From: an uncultured virus (IMG/VR IMGVR_UViG_3300018878_000121)
Lineage: Duplodnaviria; Heunggongvirae; Uroviricota; Caudoviricetes
DNA: 64,000 nucleotides
Direction: 5' to 3' (one strand)
Virus record (IMG/VR): IMGVR_UViG_3300018878_000121
Location: 62,001 to 126,000 of that record
Shown piece by piece: positions 1 through 15,660 of this stretch. A program made the translations under genes and the position numbers. How positions within the stretch are numbered: position 1 is the stretch's first letter; every line of letters starts with the position of its first letter. Below the pieces are notes generated by a model that did not search any database, was not told the DNA's origin, and worked only from the letters and a program-made list of their open reading frames with translations.

Positions 1-1
1 G

Positions 2-3000
2 GCTAATGCTACTGGTGAAAATGTTACAAAGATATCTGACCAATTAACTGCGGTTTGGAATAACTTTGATAATGGTACCAAGCCATTGGAATATTATGCT
101 GATGTTATGACTGCGTTAGGTGCGGCAACTGCTTCTAGTACTGATGAAATCGCTGAAGGTATTGAAAAGTTTGCTTCAATTTCTGAAATGATTGGTTTAA
201 GTTATGAGTATGCGGCTTCCGCGCTTACGACCGTAACAGATGTCACTCGTCAAAGTGCCGATGTAGTAGGTACTGCATTTAAAACGATTTTCGCACGTAT
301 TTAGGGTTTAAAACTTGGTGATACATTAGAAGATGGTACATCTTTAAATAAATACTCATAGGCTCTTGCTTCTGTTGGTATTTCTATTTTTGATTAGAAT
401 CAACAATTAAAAGATATGGATGATATCCTTGATGAGATGGGCGCTAAATGGTCATTACTTAGTAGAGACTAGCAAGCTGCGCTCGCGCAAACTGTTGCTG
501 GCGTAAGACAGTACAATCAGCTTGTATCTCTTATGAATAACTGGGATTTCTTTAAATAGAATGTAAATGTAGCAAAAGGTTCTGAAGGAACTTTAACTGA
601 ACAATCAGCTATTTATGAAGAAAGCTGGGAAGCATCTTTAAAGAGAGTTAGAGCTTCTGCTGAAGGTATTTATGATAGTTTAATTGATGAAGAATTTTTT
701 ATTAAGATTAATGATATTTTTGCTAAATTATTAGAAGGAATTAATGGAGCAATAGATGGTATTGGCGGATTTGAAGGAATTTTAAAAACTTTAGGTAGTG
801 TATTTATGTCTTATTTTGCTTCTAAAATGCCGAAAGCATTATCAGGCATAAGCAATACTTTTAGTATTATTACTGGAAAAGCTTTAAGAGATACTTAGAA
901 AATACAATAGGAAAGTATTAATAGTTTATCTAAAATGCGTCCTGATGCTACTAATGCTGAAAAAATTTAGCAAGAAGGATTGAAAAAAGTTGCTATTTTA
1001 AAGCGTGAATTAACTAATATTTCTAATAAATTAACTGAAGAAGAAAAAGAAGAAAATTAGAATAGAATATAGCAAACCGCAGATATTTATGCTAATGCTG
1101 CTGCCATTGAAAAAGAAGCGGCAGAATTAAGAAAACTTAATGAAGAAAAAATTAAAAGTTCTTCTAATCAAATTACAAACGAAGCTTTCGGATTTAGAGA
1201 AACTATTGCTGAAGATCAAAATCAAATAAATACATTAAGTTAGATATAGAATAGAACAAAATTAGATGATTCAAGATTAGATAAAGCTACTTCACGAGTT
1301 AATGAATTAACTGAGCAATTTTTTAAATTAAAAGATGCTATGGATGAAGTTATAGAATCTAAACAAATAGCTTTTGATAAAAAAGATTGGGAAGAATTTT
1401 CTAATATGGGAGAATTATTAGATTTTGATAGTAGAGAATCTAAAGAGTATTTCCAATATGTTGGAGAAGGAATTGATTAGTTAAAAGCAAAATATATTGA
1501 TTTTAGAAAACAAGAGTAGTAGTATGAATATTTAAAAAATAAAATAGATATTAATAAAGCAGCTTGGACTGCTCCTGATTTTAATTTATCTTTGGATGAA
1601 GCAAAAAATTCTATTTCACAATATTTAAGACAAATAGATGAATTAAAAAAATAGGGATTTGTTTAGTTAGATATAGATACAACAGAGTTGTAGTCAAAAT
1701 TGAAATCAACTGATGTAACTGTTGAGGATTTACAAAAATCATTTATTTCTTTTTTAAATAATTTATCAAATAAAGCTTCAAAAACTTCTACAAGTTTTTC
1801 AAAAGATGGCGATAAGATTCATAGTGCATTATTAAAAATTTTAACTCCTTTAATGGGTGATAAAAGTCAAGCTGAAAAAGCAATTGAAGGTCTGCGCACA
1901 AAATTAGCAGAATTAACAGAAGAAGAAATGGATTCTGTTTTACGCACAACTGGAATGTTATCGGAAAGAGTAGATGAACTTCCAAAACATGCTTATAAAG
2001 CCTCAGAAGCTATAATGGAACTTGGAAGTGCTTTAATGTCTTTAAATTCTTTTATGAATTCTGTTAGTAGTACTACTCAAATACTTGAAGATAATACTGC
2101 TTCTATGGCTGATAAAATAGGAGCTGTTGTTGGAGCAGCTTCTACTGGAATTTTTACTTTTAATTAGACTAAATAGGCAATGATTGCTGTTGTTGGAGCT
2201 GTAAGTAAATTTGCGGGAGCGGCAACTACAGCCGCCAAAAGTGGAGCTGCTTTATCGGGAATTTTAAGTAAAGGTTTAGCTGCTATTGGTGGCCCTACAA
2301 CTTTAATTATTGCAGGTATTACTGCAGCAATAATGGGGTTAGTTGGCTTTTTAGGTACTAAATCAGCTGAAGCTGAAAAAGAATTAGAAGAAATTGAAAG
2401 AAAAACAGAAGAGCTTAATAATAAAATTTCAGAACAGTATACAGAAATTGAAACTAATAATGAATTAATTGAGTCTTATGAAAAATTATTAAATACTTAT
2501 AAACTTACAGGTGAAGGAAAAGATTAGCTAGATATAAAAGCTAAAGAATTAGCTGAGGCTTTTAGAATTGAAGGATCGGCTTTAGCAACTTTAACTGGTT
2601 AGTATGCTGATTATGAAAATTTATTAAATAAAGCTAAAAATAAATCTTATAATAATGTTAATGAACAAATTAATTTAGTCCAAAATAAAAGAAATAGTAG
2701 TATAAAAGAATTTAATGATATTATTCAAGCTAAAAAGCATACTGATGATGTTGGGCATATAATGAGTAATCTTTCTTAGATTTCTTTATTTTCACTTAAT
2801 GATGTTAATCGTAATTATGGCACTAAAAATGAATCTTCAAACGGAGATATGGCTGCTTTTAGAATTATTGATGATTATTTAACAAAAAATAATTTAGGAG
2901 AAATTGGTAATAAAAATAGAAAAAATGGTACTATAATGACAGCTGAATTATTAGTTTCAGATATGGAAGAAGCTGTTAAGTTATTTGAATAGTTAGAAAA

Positions 3001-6000
3001 TGAATTATTACCACAAGTAAAAGCTGTTAGTAACGGTCAAGAGACTAAAGAATTTGAAGAAAAAATTAAAAGTGCTAGAGAAGTTTTGTCAAAATATGTG
3101 GCATCAGATTAGGAATTAAAAGGTTTAGAATTAGCTTATAGTTTTAAAGATAAAGATTTTGAATCATTTGAAGAATATAATAATTTAATAATTGAAACAG
3201 AAAATCGTTTAAAGAGCTGGGGATTTAGTACAAGTGAAATTGAATCTACAATTAATACTGCAATAAATTTAATTCCAGATTTAAAAATAAAACAATATGA
3301 AGAGTTAAGAGAAGTTGTAGAAACTTTATTATCTAATGGAGCTGGTAAAGGCATTACTGAAGGATTTTTAGGGCAATTATTTAGTGATGCTGAAAAAGGT
3401 GTTGGAATTTATGATAAATTAACTCTCGCTTCTTTAAATTGGTCAGTTTTAACAATTGATAATTGGGAGAAAGCTGCTAGTGCAGTTTAGAATTATACAA
3501 ATGCAATTAAAGATGCCACTAATGCTCAAGAATTAAGGGATAGTGCTAAAAATGCTTTATCTTTATTAGAAGATGGTTTAACTGAAAAAGAAGGCGAAGA
3601 GTTAAAAGGACTTATAGATTGGGGTAATGAAGAAAAAGGTATAGTTGAATATACTGAATTCTTAAAAATGAACCTTGAAGAGCAAAAGTCCTATTTGGAA
3701 GATTTTGCTAATATTAATTTATTTGAAAGATGGACCGATGAAATTCAAACTTCTAAAGATTTAATTGAATAGCAAAAATTACAGTTAGAAGATACAAAAA
3801 AAATATTAAAAAATGATTTATTATCTGTTTTAGATAGTGATGGTAGTTATCAGCAAGGTAATTACAGAAAAGTTTATGAATTATATGATTTAGATAAATG
3901 GTTTGAAAGTGAACAAGCTTTTGTTGATGCAATTTCTAACCCTAAAATGTTAGATAAATTGCTTAATAATCAAGATTTTCTTATTACTATTGGCATTGAT
4001 GAAGCTGAACTTATTCAAAATGCTGAAAATACTATTAATTCTGCTGAAGAATCTTTAGAATTAGAATTAAATACTACTCCATCTGAACATTCTATAAAAT
4101 ATTTATTAGATGAAATTGAATCTCTTGAAACAGAATTAACAGTTAAAGCAAATACTTTAGAAGCAGATGAAATCCTTGATGAATTATTAGATAGACAATA
4201 TCAATTAGATGTCCATGTTAATGCCGTTTTAGGTCAAGAACTTGATAAAAATTTAGAAAAGATAAAAAGTTTTAGTGATACTTTATCTCTAATTGGGGAA
4301 AATTATTAGGTTAGTGCAGATAATCTTCATGCTTTAGAAGCAGTAATTCCTGGAATTACTCAAAAATTAACTGTAAGTCAAGAAGGATTAATTTAGCTTC
4401 ATAAAACTGAGGCAATTGCGGCAATTGAAAATACTAAAGCAAATACAATTAGTTCAAAAACAAAAATTTAGAATCGTATTGATGAATTAAATGTAACAAA
4501 AACAGCTGCTGAAGCTGCTTAGAAAGCAATTCAAGCTGAAATAGATAAAAACTTAAAAGATGAAGAGACTCGTACTAATGCTGTTAATAAAATGGCTGAA
4601 ATTAGAGCCAATTATCAAAAAGCAACTAATGAAGGTGTAGCAGCAGATTATGCTAAAACATCAGCAGAAATGTCAGAAGATAGTGATGACAATATGGAAA
4701 ATGATGTTGAAAATGCTAGTATTTCCACAGCTGCTTATGTAGAAAAATTCATTGCTTTACATGCTAATACTGAAAACTATAAACAAGAATATTTAAAATT
4801 TGTTGAAACTATGCTTTTAGCTGATTAGGCTGCTTTAGCTGGAGATCCTGTAGCTTTAAGTGCTTTATTAGGTAATGTATAGGCTGTAAAAGATTTAGGT
4901 GGTACTGCAGAATAGATTGCTTAGGCAGAATTAGTAGCTAATGAAATGAAATTAACGGCTTCTGAAAAAGGGCAAGTTATCTAGTATAATGCTGCTATTG
5001 TTTAGAATAAAATCAATGATGAAGGCAAATTTGATTTTTCTGGTACGAGAAATGATGAAACTGGAAAAACAATAAAAGAATCTGAAGAAACGAAGAGAAA
5101 AACAGAAGATTATTTAAATAATTTAGCAAAAGAATATGCAAAATTAAATGAAGATACTGCTAACGAATTTTTACAAAATCACTATGATTATTATGGTTCA
5201 ATTATAACTTCTAGTGATGAAGCAATTGCTAAATTAAATATTGATTTAGCTGAAGAAACGGCAGCTCTTAATTCTTTAGATTAGATGATAGTAAATATAA
5301 AAAATGGAAAAAGTGCTACCGGAACCTCTTCACAATCTTCTGAAACTTTACAAGAAACAGTTAAAGAACATAACCCTTATCAAAATGTTGATAATACTAT
5401 TGAAGCTATTAATCTAAAATTAGAAGAATAGAAAGCTATAACTGAAAATTTAGAAAAAGGCACTGAAGAACATTTAGCATCTTTAGAAAATGAGCGCTTA
5501 TTAACAGCAGAAATTGGTAAATATCAACAAGAGAAACTTAATATTGCTGAAAATGAATTAGCTACTTTAGAATAGAAATTATCTCAATTTGGAGCAGAAT
5601 ATGACCCATTAACTAGAAAAATTGTTAATTATGATGAAATAGTTAATGCTAAAGCAAGAGAAGTTGATAAATTAAATAAAGAACTTGCGGCCGCTTCTGG
5701 TCCTGAAAAAGAAAGATTATAGGAGCAAGTAAATGCTGCTGAAAAGCTTTATAATAATGTTAAAGAGTTAGCTGATGAACATAGCAATACTGTTGATATT
5801 ATTAATGATACTACTACTGCTTTAAGAGAAAATGGTTAGGCTATTGAAGATAATATAAAAACACAGGAAGAGTTTAATAAAGAATTACAAAAAGCAAGAA
5901 AAGAAGTAGAAAAAACAAATAAAGAAATTCAAGAAACCATTGATAATCTTAAAGATGAAGTAGATATTTACCATCAATTAAATCATGAATTAGATAAGTA

Positions 6001-9000
6001 GAATGAAGAATTAGATAGATTAAGTAAATTAAAAGATTCTTTATATGGTGAAAATCATATAAAAGCAGCTAAATAGGAATTAGAAGTTGTAAAACAAACA
6101 TAGAAAACATATGAAGATTTACTTGATACTACATTAGATGACCTTGAAAATGCTATGGGTAAAGCTACTGTACATTTTGATACTAAAATTGTATATGATG
6201 AAGATGGAGCAATTTTAAATTATCAAGAGTTACAGGAAGAATTAGTTCGTAAAGCTGAAACAGCTGCTAATGATTTAACAGCTGCTAACATTCATTCTTT
6301 AACACTGCCTGAAGAATAGCGCGAGGAATATTTAAAACCATATCAAGATGCTTATGATAATGCTTTAGCTGCTTAGAAAGATGGATAGGATGCTATTAAT
6401 AAAGTTCATGATTTAAGAGATTAGGCTTATAATTATGGACAGCAAGCAAGAGATAGTTTCTATAAAGGTTTAGACCTTTAGGCTGAATTATGGGATTATA
6501 AATTTAATCTTTAGATTGAAATCAATGATAATGATTTGGAAGAATTAGAAAAGCAATTAGAAAAGATTGAAGATAAAGGCTATGAAATGTCTGAAGCAAT
6601 AGCTTTAATTAATACAGATTTTAGAAGTCTTTATGAAAATAATTATACATATTTACAAAGTGAAATTGATAATTTATAGAGTATGTATAGTGCTGGAGAA
6701 ATTACAGAAGAAGCATATATAGAAAGATTAAAGAAAATCCAAGAAGAAGCCAAAGAAGCAGCGAATGAACTTGAAGAACTTGATGAAAAAGTATATGAAT
6801 ATTATGGCATTACATTAGAGAAAGCTAATGAAGAATTAGAATTCTATATCAAGTAGATGGAACATGCAACTGAGGTATTAGACCACTATAAAAATATTAT
6901 TGAATTGGTTAATGGTGAATACGATTATGAGCGTTTAGGTATCGTTCTTGAGGGTTAGGCACATAATCTATAGAATGAAATGGAAGTTGCTGTTAAATGG
7001 TTTGAGACCTTAGATGCGGAAAAAGCTGCAATTGAAGCTGAGTTAGCTAATCCTGGCATATCTGATGAATAGCGTGAAAAATTAAAAGAAGCTTATGAAC
7101 CTATTTATGAAGCTTGGATGGAAGCACATGATGAAATGTTATCTAAAACTACTGAATGGGTTGAAGCAACTAAAGCAGTTATGGAAAATACTATGGCAAA
7201 AGCTGCTAGAGATTTAGAGATGTCTTTCACAGATGGCGTAGGTTTTGATGCCTTAAACGATTCTATGGATAGATTAAATGAATATTCTGATATTTATTTA
7301 ACTAAAACTAATCAAATTTATGAAGTTCAGAAAATGATGCGTACTGCTCAACAAGCCGCAGATAAAACCGACAATGCTTCATCTAAACAGAGATTGAAAG
7401 CATTTATGGACGAACTGGGAGATTTACAAGAGAAAAATAAATTAAGTAATCTTGAATTAGAAATTGCGCAAAAGAAATATGATTTACTTGAAGCACAAAT
7501 TGCTCTTGAAGAAGCTCAAAATGCTAAATCTACAGTTAGATTACAAAGAGATTCTGAAGGTAATTTTGGTTATGTATATACTGCTAATTAGGAACAAGTT
7601 GCTGAAGCTGAAACGCAAGTATATGAAGCAGAGCAAGAGTTATATAATTTAGCATTAGAATCTGCCAATGATTACGCATAGAAGCGTATTGAATTGCAGC
7701 AATCATTATATGACGATTTAGTTGAGTTAGAAGAAAATCGTGTTGCTGGTATGTATGCAACTGAAGAAGAATATAATAAAGCTCGTGAATAGCTGATTAA
7801 AGAATATAATGATTTATTTATTGCTTATGAGGATTAGTATAATTTAGCAATTGAAGCTGATGGTTATTTAAGAGTTTAGATTGCTGAAAGACATAATAAA
7901 CAACAATTATCTGATACTGTTGGATTTTTAGATGAATCCACATAGAATATTCTTGAAACAACTACATTACAGCAAGAAACATGGATTACTCATTTTGATA
8001 ATATTTTAGAAAAAACTCGTGGATGGCGTAATGATACCAATAGTGAATATGATTAGTCTGCTATTGATGCTTCTGAATGGTTAACAGCAACGCAAGGATA
8101 TTTGAAAACTTGTGAAGATTCTTATAAAACTTGGTAGACTACAGTTACTGAACAAAATAAATATGTTTAGGAAGCTTTAGTTCATACTCAGGGAGAAACT
8201 GATAAATTAACTACTGAAAGTGATGAATTAAAAACAGCTTTAATTGGTGAAGATGGAAATGGTGGTCTTGTAAAAGCTCTTGGAGATGAATTATAGAAAG
8301 TTAGAGAGTTAATTACAGAATATGCTTTACAAAGTAATGGATTAGATATTTTAGCTGAAAAATATGAATCTTTAAGAGGTCAAATTGATAGTTTAATTTC
8401 ATCAATTAATAGTATTCCTGATTGCGCTGAATGGTGTGTAAAAACATATGGAGATGGCGGAATGGGAGGAGGAGATACTGGAGGTAATTTCCCAGTTGAT
8501 CCTGACCCAGTTTTTTCATCTGATGATGATGATAGTAAATTTGGTTGTGGTGCTCATACTGCTACAACAGCAGATGATATTAAAGATACATCAATAACAT
8601 CAAATACTAATAAAAATTATGCTGTAGAATCTGCTAAATATTGGAAAGGTCAACAAAGTATTGGAGAAGCTGCTGCTAATTTAGGAATTTCTGTTAGTGA
8701 AATGAATAAAATAAATATGGCTTTAGCGGGTTAGACTGAAAATTGGAATGGTACTAAAATTTTCACTGAAGAATTTGCTGATTAGAATTTATCTGATGAT
8801 TATGAAAGAACTCAAAAAAGTGGATTTGATGAAATTATTAATAATCAACAATCTGCTGCTAATGTAAATAAATGGCTTATAGATGAAGGTATAGCAACTG
8901 GTGCCACAGGCATGTATACTGGGGCTTGGGGTCCAGAAGGTAGATTAGCGTTATTGCATGAAAAAGAATTAGTATTAAATAAAGAAGATACTAAAAATTT

Positions 9001-9235
9001 CTTACATGCAACCGATATTTTAAGAAGTATATCTGATGTAATAGATTTACAAGCTATGTCAAATCAATTTAATACTTTATCTGCTAGTATCTATTCTGGT
9101 TCTTCTGGAATATTAGAACAATCAGTTCATATAGAAGCTAATTTCCCGAATGTATCTGATAGGAATGAAATTGAAGAAGCGTTTAATAATCTTATTAATA
9201 CAGCTTCTCAATATGCGAATCGTAAAACTATATAA
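2..9235 (+). CDS. Tail tape measure protein (5'-truncated by the window, >3000 aa; TAG read as Gln)
   Basis: ORF fragments at 86, 1700, 2180, 3947, 4592, 7118, 8462 and 8912 share one frame; all but the last end in TAG, and the last ends in TAA at 9235. TMP-like N-terminal region (DVMTALGAATASSTDEIA...VGTAFKTIFARI), a hydrophobic Ala/Gly stretch near 2050-2360, long coiled coils, and a C-terminal ATGMYTG..GRLALLHEKELVLN motif. Not every codon between fragments was checked. Confidence 0.9.
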
Positions 9236-9240
9236 ATTAT

Positions 9241-9272
9241 AGGGGTCTGATAATTCAGACCCCTTATTTTTA
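9241..9272 (+). terminator. Rho-independent terminator after the tape measure gene
   Basis: AGGGGTCTGA-TAAT-TCAGACCCCT stem-loop followed by a T-rich tract. Confidence 0.85.
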
Positions 9273-9290
9273 TTGGACTAGATTTATTAG

Positions 9291-9319
9291 TTGACTTTAG
9301 CAAAAAATTAAGTTATAAT
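9291..9319 (+). promoter_or_regulatory. sigma70/sigmaA-type promoter
   Basis: TTGACT (9291-9296), 17-bp spacer, TATAAT (9314-9319), upstream of RBS AAGGAG and ATG 9347. Confidence 0.7.
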
Positions 9320-9346
9320 AGAATATGGAGAGAAAGGAGATTGGTT

Positions 9347-12300
9347 ATGTCAAATAAAAATCTTGGAGAACAATTGTGTGAAGCTGTTGATATAATTGCT
9401 AAAGCAAGAGTTGGCAGTGTAGCATATGACCAAACTATTATATGTACAATAACTAATGATACTTTAAAAGATAAAGGTCAATATAAAGTATCAAATGGTT
9501 CAGCTGAATTTGATGCTTATACTTCTAATACAGAATATCGTTCAGGAGACAATGTATATGTATCTATTCCAAGAAATGATTGGAATGAACAAAAATTTAT
9601 TATAGGTAAATATACTAATAAAGATACTGGTGAATATTTTGTATATCAAAATCCTTTTAATACATTAGTTGATATTACTGGCAATGTAATTAATGCTAAT
9701 GTTCCTACTAATGAAAGTGGATTAGTAGCTAATAATCCTAATGAAGAATATATTATTTTATGGTCTTATAATATAAATAATGAGGCTTTACGAAAAGAAA
9801 ATGGTAATATTTTTAGTGGATATACTAGATTAGGATTACAAGCATCTTTTTAGTCACTTATAAATCCTTTTAGTTATAAAGAATATGAAAAAAATGATGA
9901 TGGCAGTTTAAAACGCGATGAAGATGGATTATTAATAGTAAAGAATTAGGCTAATTCAAAAATTATTGATGGTGAATATGGTTTGCGGCTTCGTTTAAAA
10001 GTAACTCAAAACTAGACACTTAGTGAAGTTAAAAATGATGGTGCCGCAAATAAAGAGGTAATTTTTTATCTAAATACCGCAGATATGAATGGTAATCCAT
10101 ATAATTTTAATAATTTTTTCTAGCAAGAAAAAGTTTTTGATGTTTCTGAATATGAATCAATTCATTCAATTTAGATTGAATTTTATCAAATTAAAGATTC
10201 TTTCATTGATGCTTCTGGATATAAATTACCTTATTTGGATGAATGGGGAAATATAACTGCTCCAAATTTATATGTTAAAGATGTATATTTATGTCTTGGA
10301 TATGATACTAGCGAGTTTGATGATGAAATGATTAAAGTATATACTTTAGATACTTTAACATATTCAAGAAAAACAGAGCCCTTTATGGATAATGCTAAAC
10401 GAATTGATTTGCGTTGGATACATAAAATGCCAGATGGTTCATTTAAATCAATTACTAAAGCAGATGCCGCAAATTATAATTTTAAAATTTAGTGGTATAG
10501 ATATCAATTAGGTTCTCCATCATCTGACCAATATTCAGATAAAGAGTGGATTTGGTTATCTGACCAAGAAACAGAAAATGGAAAAAATTATTATACAATT
10601 TAGGATGAAGATTGGTTAAATAATAATTAGCAATATAAAGGTAGTGAAAAATATCCCGGTTTCTTTAACACTTGGTTAATTCCAGATGTAGCTTTAAGTA
10701 CGGAAATGGTTAAAGCAATTATATTTTTTAATGGAAAACCAATTAGAAGTAATATTGTTATTTTAACAAATGAAAATGAAGTTGTAAGTCGTCCAACAGT
10801 AGATGCTTTAGAAGCACTTACAATTCATTGTAATAATGGATTAGATGAAGCTGGGAATCCAATTTATTCTGAAAATTATTTAATTTATAATGAAGGTAAT
10901 GAATTAATTGATGAATCTTAGGCAAAACAACCACGGCAATTTGAATTAAAATTTGACCCAGAAGTTCCAACAGAAGATGATGAAACTGAAGGTTTAAAAT
11001 ATGCTAGATATGTGGAATGGCGCATTCCAAAAAAGAATACGATGATTGTAATGCCGCCAGATTATAAAGATAATAATGCTTTAGAAGATATTACAGACCC
11101 AAATTATTATATTATTAGACGTAATGGTGTTTTAAACGCAGATAATAAATATGTTGTTTATAACAAACAATCTTTTAGAATAGATAATTATTATTCTGCT
11201 GAAAAATCAAATAATACTGTTTAGTGTACTATTGAAAAAGAACCAAATACTTTTTATATAGCAACTGTTGATTTATTGTTTGGAGTTGCTGGTACTACTG
11301 GAACAGATACAACTTTAGTAATTAATTTTGATGATAGTAGTCTTGGAGCAATTGATTCTGCTATATCTGGTAATACAATTATTACTGCTAAATTATATGA
11401 TAGTGAAAATAAAGATATTACACAAACAGTTATTAATCAAGATTGTGTTTTTGAATGGAAATGGAAAGGTAAAGAAGAATATCCTCATGAAAAAATACAA
11501 ATACTTTCTCCGGAAGATTATTCAAATGAATTAAAAGAACAAGTACAAAAAAATCAATGCGTTATTAGTAATACAAATAATCTACCTTTAGAACTTAATG
11601 AATGGAATATTCTTTAGTGTACTGTTACAGGATGGCAAGATTATCCTTTAGTAGCTTATTTTGCTATTCCATTAAAAAGAGACCCTGATAATGCAGAAAA
11701 GCGCACTTTATTTATGGAGGGCGCCACAAGAATTATCTATGATTCTGCTGGTACGCCTTCTTATTATAAAAATCCATATAAATTATTTTATTCTGAAGAT
11801 ATGACAGGAGAAAATCAAGAAGGTGAAATAGAAACTATTAATCAAATTAATCAATATTTAGAAGATTAGGATATGATTAAAGATGATTATAGTATACGTT
11901 GGTAGCTTTCTTATCATCCAGATTTTTAGACTCTAAATTACTTACCTTCTATTGGAATTTCTAAAAATTATAATGATGGTTTTAATTATAATATTGGATT
12001 AAAAGCTATTAATGTATATGTTAAAGGTTGCGAAGATTATATTACAATTAATTGTATAGATAAAAATGGAACTATATTATGGTCTTAGCCTTTATTAATT
12101 TTACAAAATAAATATCCATCATCTATGCTAAATAAATGGGATGGTTCATTATCTATTGATGAAACGGAAAATGCTATTTTAGCAGCTAAAATTGCCGCAG
12201 GTAGTAAAGATTCTGAAAATAGATTTAGTGGTGTTATTATTGGTGATTGGGGCAATAAAAAAGAATATAAAGAAACTACTAATGCTTCTGTAGCGGAAAT

Positions 12301-14704
12301 TGGAGTTTATGGTTTTCATGAAGGAGCTATGAGTTTTGGTTTCAAAGAAAGTGGAAAAGCTTTTATAGGTAAAGATACTCGCGGACGTATTCATTTTGAT
12401 GGAAATGATGGTTCAATTTATTCTTCTGCTTGGATTGCTAATTCAGAAGATAATCATAGAGGATTGTATTTGGATATTGATGATGGTAATATTCAAATGC
12501 GATAGGAGTATGGTTCTGCAAATATAACCACCTTTATACAAGTACCTGTAAATACTATTAATTTTAAATCTAATATATATTATGCTTTTCAAGAATATAT
12601 ATTAAGTAAAGAAGGATATAGTGCCAGTAAAACTTATTATGAACCATATGGATATAAATTAGTTGATATTGAAGCCGGTGGATATGAACCTGGTATATAT
12701 TATAAAAGAATAGAATCTTCATCTACTACTGGTTCTGGTGATAATGCTGAAAATATTAAAATAACAGAATATGTTTTAGATAATGAATCTTTTAATCCAA
12801 CTAAAAATTATTATTATGTATCTGCTTTTAAAGAAAGTTCAGTGAGTGCTTCTTCTTATTAGATTAATAAATATTATATTAAACAAGAGCCAAATAAAGA
12901 TGAAGCAACAGGTCAAATTTTAATAAATTCATTGATTCCAAAAGAACAGACAACTTATTATAAACCTTTTTTAACTTATTATGAATAGACAGAAATTTCT
13001 CCTAATAAATATATTGATTTAGCAACTAGTTCTAATGAAACTGATTATAGAAACGTTTATCCTCTATCTATTGGATATGAAAAAAATGTTTATGAGCGTG
13101 CATTTAGAGTAAGTTGGGATGGAACTATTTATGTAGAAAATGGTGAATTTAATGGTGAAATTCATGCTACTTCTGGAACTTTAGGAGATTTGGAAGTAAC
13201 AGGAACGCTTATAGGTGGAACAATTGTTGGTGGTGATATTTCTGGTGCTTGGATTAGTGGTAGTACTATTGAAGGTAGTAGAGTATACGCTGATGATTTA
13301 ATCTGTTATAATGGTAATATTGCTGGTTGGCGCATTACTGAAAATTATTTAAGAAATAGTAATGGAACAATTGTTTTATATTCAGATGGTGAGCGTGGAG
13401 AATTGGCAAAATTTGGTGGATGGAAAGTTACTAAGCTTGGTTTTGAAAATCGTCTTGGAACTTATAAAGATGCGAATAATATTCGCACCACAAATAATTT
13501 TAGTTATTTAAAAGGCGGATTGATTAGTGGTAGTATTTTAGATACGCCATCTGGAGGTATGCTTTTAGCTGGTAAATTTAAATTAGCTTAGAGTTTAAGC
13601 CCTGGTTTTGATACTAATACTGGTATTGGAAATTATTTGCTTATTCCTGGCACTATTGGTGTTGTAATGTCTGATATTGAAACTAGTCCAGATGCACCAG
13701 AATATTATGGTATAGGATTAGAATATGGTGAACCTGTTAAATCTTAGATAAAAGCTACAGCTGTTAATGTTGGTATGCGTTATGGAGTTAATCAATCTAT
13801 ATGGATTACTGATAAAACAATCGGTTTAGCATCTAATGATGGTGATTTGTCATTACATTCAAAAGATACTATTCATGAATATTCAGCTACAAATGTTAAT
13901 ATTGGTGTAAAAACTGGTTCAGGTAATAATGTTGAGTTATATCCTTAGTTTGAATCTTATTATAATGGTGGATAGCAAACAGTAACATTAGGAATTTATG
14001 CCAATGATGCTATTACTATTGGTCCAGTAGAAAATGTAGGGGCTTCTTCTTGTAATTTAATTAGAATAGGAGAACAGTCTTTAACTATGGATATTGGAGC
14101 ATGGACTACTAATTTAAATATTGGATAGAATGCATAGAATATTAAAATAGGAGAATTTGCTAAAACTATCATAGAAATTGGTAGTTCGGTTCCAGAGATA
14201 AAACTTGGAAGTACTTCCACACCAAAAATAACTATTGGTAATACGGGAGCCGCTGTTACAATATAGAATAATTTGTTGACACCAAATTTATATATTACAA
14301 ATGGTTTTGAAGCTATTGATGGTAATTATGCTGGAACTATAGTTATGAATCCTTCAGGTTTTTAGTTATAGGGCGGTTCCTTTACTTTAGGAAAAGATGG
14401 AGCTTCTGTTAGTGGAAATATTTATTATAATGGTTCTATTAATCTTGAAAATGGATTTAATGTTACTAGTGGTTCAATAAATATTGGCGGCGGAGAAAAT
14501 GAAGCAATATTTGGTTCTATATATTATTCTGGTAGTGTTAATTTAGGTAATGGTTTATAGATAACTACTGGTGATTTAAATATTAAAGGTGGTAGTGCTA
14601 CTTTTGATAATAATTTAGAAGTAAAAGGAACTGTAACTATTGGAAGCGGATTGACGGTTGCGGAAGGAGCTACTGTTACTGGAGTTTATGCTACTTTATT
14701 ATGA
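9347..14704 (+). CDS. Large tail/tail-tip structural protein (~1785 aa, TAG=Gln)
   Basis: Fragments at 9341, 10235, 10706, 11012, 11276, 12125 and 13190 share one frame joined at TAG; TGA at 14702-14704. Directly follows the TMP; Gly/Ile-rich beta-repeat C-terminus (IKIG/IEIG/ITIG). Confidence 0.75.
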
Positions 14705-14714
14705 GGTATAATAT

Positions 14715-15626
14715 ATGGCAACAATGAGTAAAATGACTTTAATTAAACCTGTTGGTGATACAACAGTATCTTATGAAGGAGAATATATTAAAGATGAATA
14801 TGGAACAGAATCTAAATCATCAGCCTCTAGCGGAGATAGAGTAAGACGAGAAAGAAATTTTGTAGCACAACGAAAAGGACCTATAGATGAATGGGATGAT
14901 GGAACTACTGGAAATTATGCGCGAATTGAAGGTGGTAATGGCTCAGAAACCCAAACTTTATATGGAAGATATAGATATTAGTATAGAATTGGAAAATGGT
15001 ATTGGAAAATTACACAATCATCTGAATTTAACGATCGTACTGGTACAGTAAGTTCTTTAAATGAAATTCCAGATGATTATACAACAACTTCTAATGGTAA
15101 TAGATATACTTATACTTATACATGGGATTCTCGTACAATAAAAGATGGATATTGGAAAGATGATATAGATGAACCTTATGAAGATGAAAATGGAAATATT
15201 GTATAGCCAGAATGGATTGATACCAGCTATAAGGTTTATGATTGGGAGGAATATTTACAAATAGAAACATTAACTATTGATTGGGATTCTTGGACTCCAG
15301 AATATACAAAAGAAGATATGAGTGTAGATTTTTATCCGCGTCCTAAAGAATTTTATTTTATTAATTGTGAACCAGGAAAGCAATGGAGAGTTGATTTAGG
15401 TCTTTAGACTTTAATTACTAATATTTATGAATTTCAAGAATATGCTAATTAGTGGTAGGCTTGGAAAAAATAGGAGGAATATAGCAATACTCCATCATTT
15501 GATTCTCCACTTTCAGCTGCTAATATTAATTCAATTTATTCTTCTCTTGGTCATTCAGGAGGATATTCTTCAGGAAATGAAGTTAGAGCTAGTATATTTA
15601 AAGGATTGGAATCTATCATTAATTAA
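14715..15626 (+). CDS. Hypothetical tail-associated protein (303 aa, TAG=Gln)
   Basis: Read by hand through TAG codons from ATG 14715 to TAA 15624-15626; Trp/Tyr-rich. Confidence 0.75.
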
Positions 15627-15660
15627 TAAAAAAATAATTGAGATAAAGGAGATATATATT

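Noticed and set aside
15427..15660. 135-aa ORF starting at 15427
   Set aside because: Its upstream part overlaps the TAG-read-through gene 14715-15626; the RBS supports a start at 15661.
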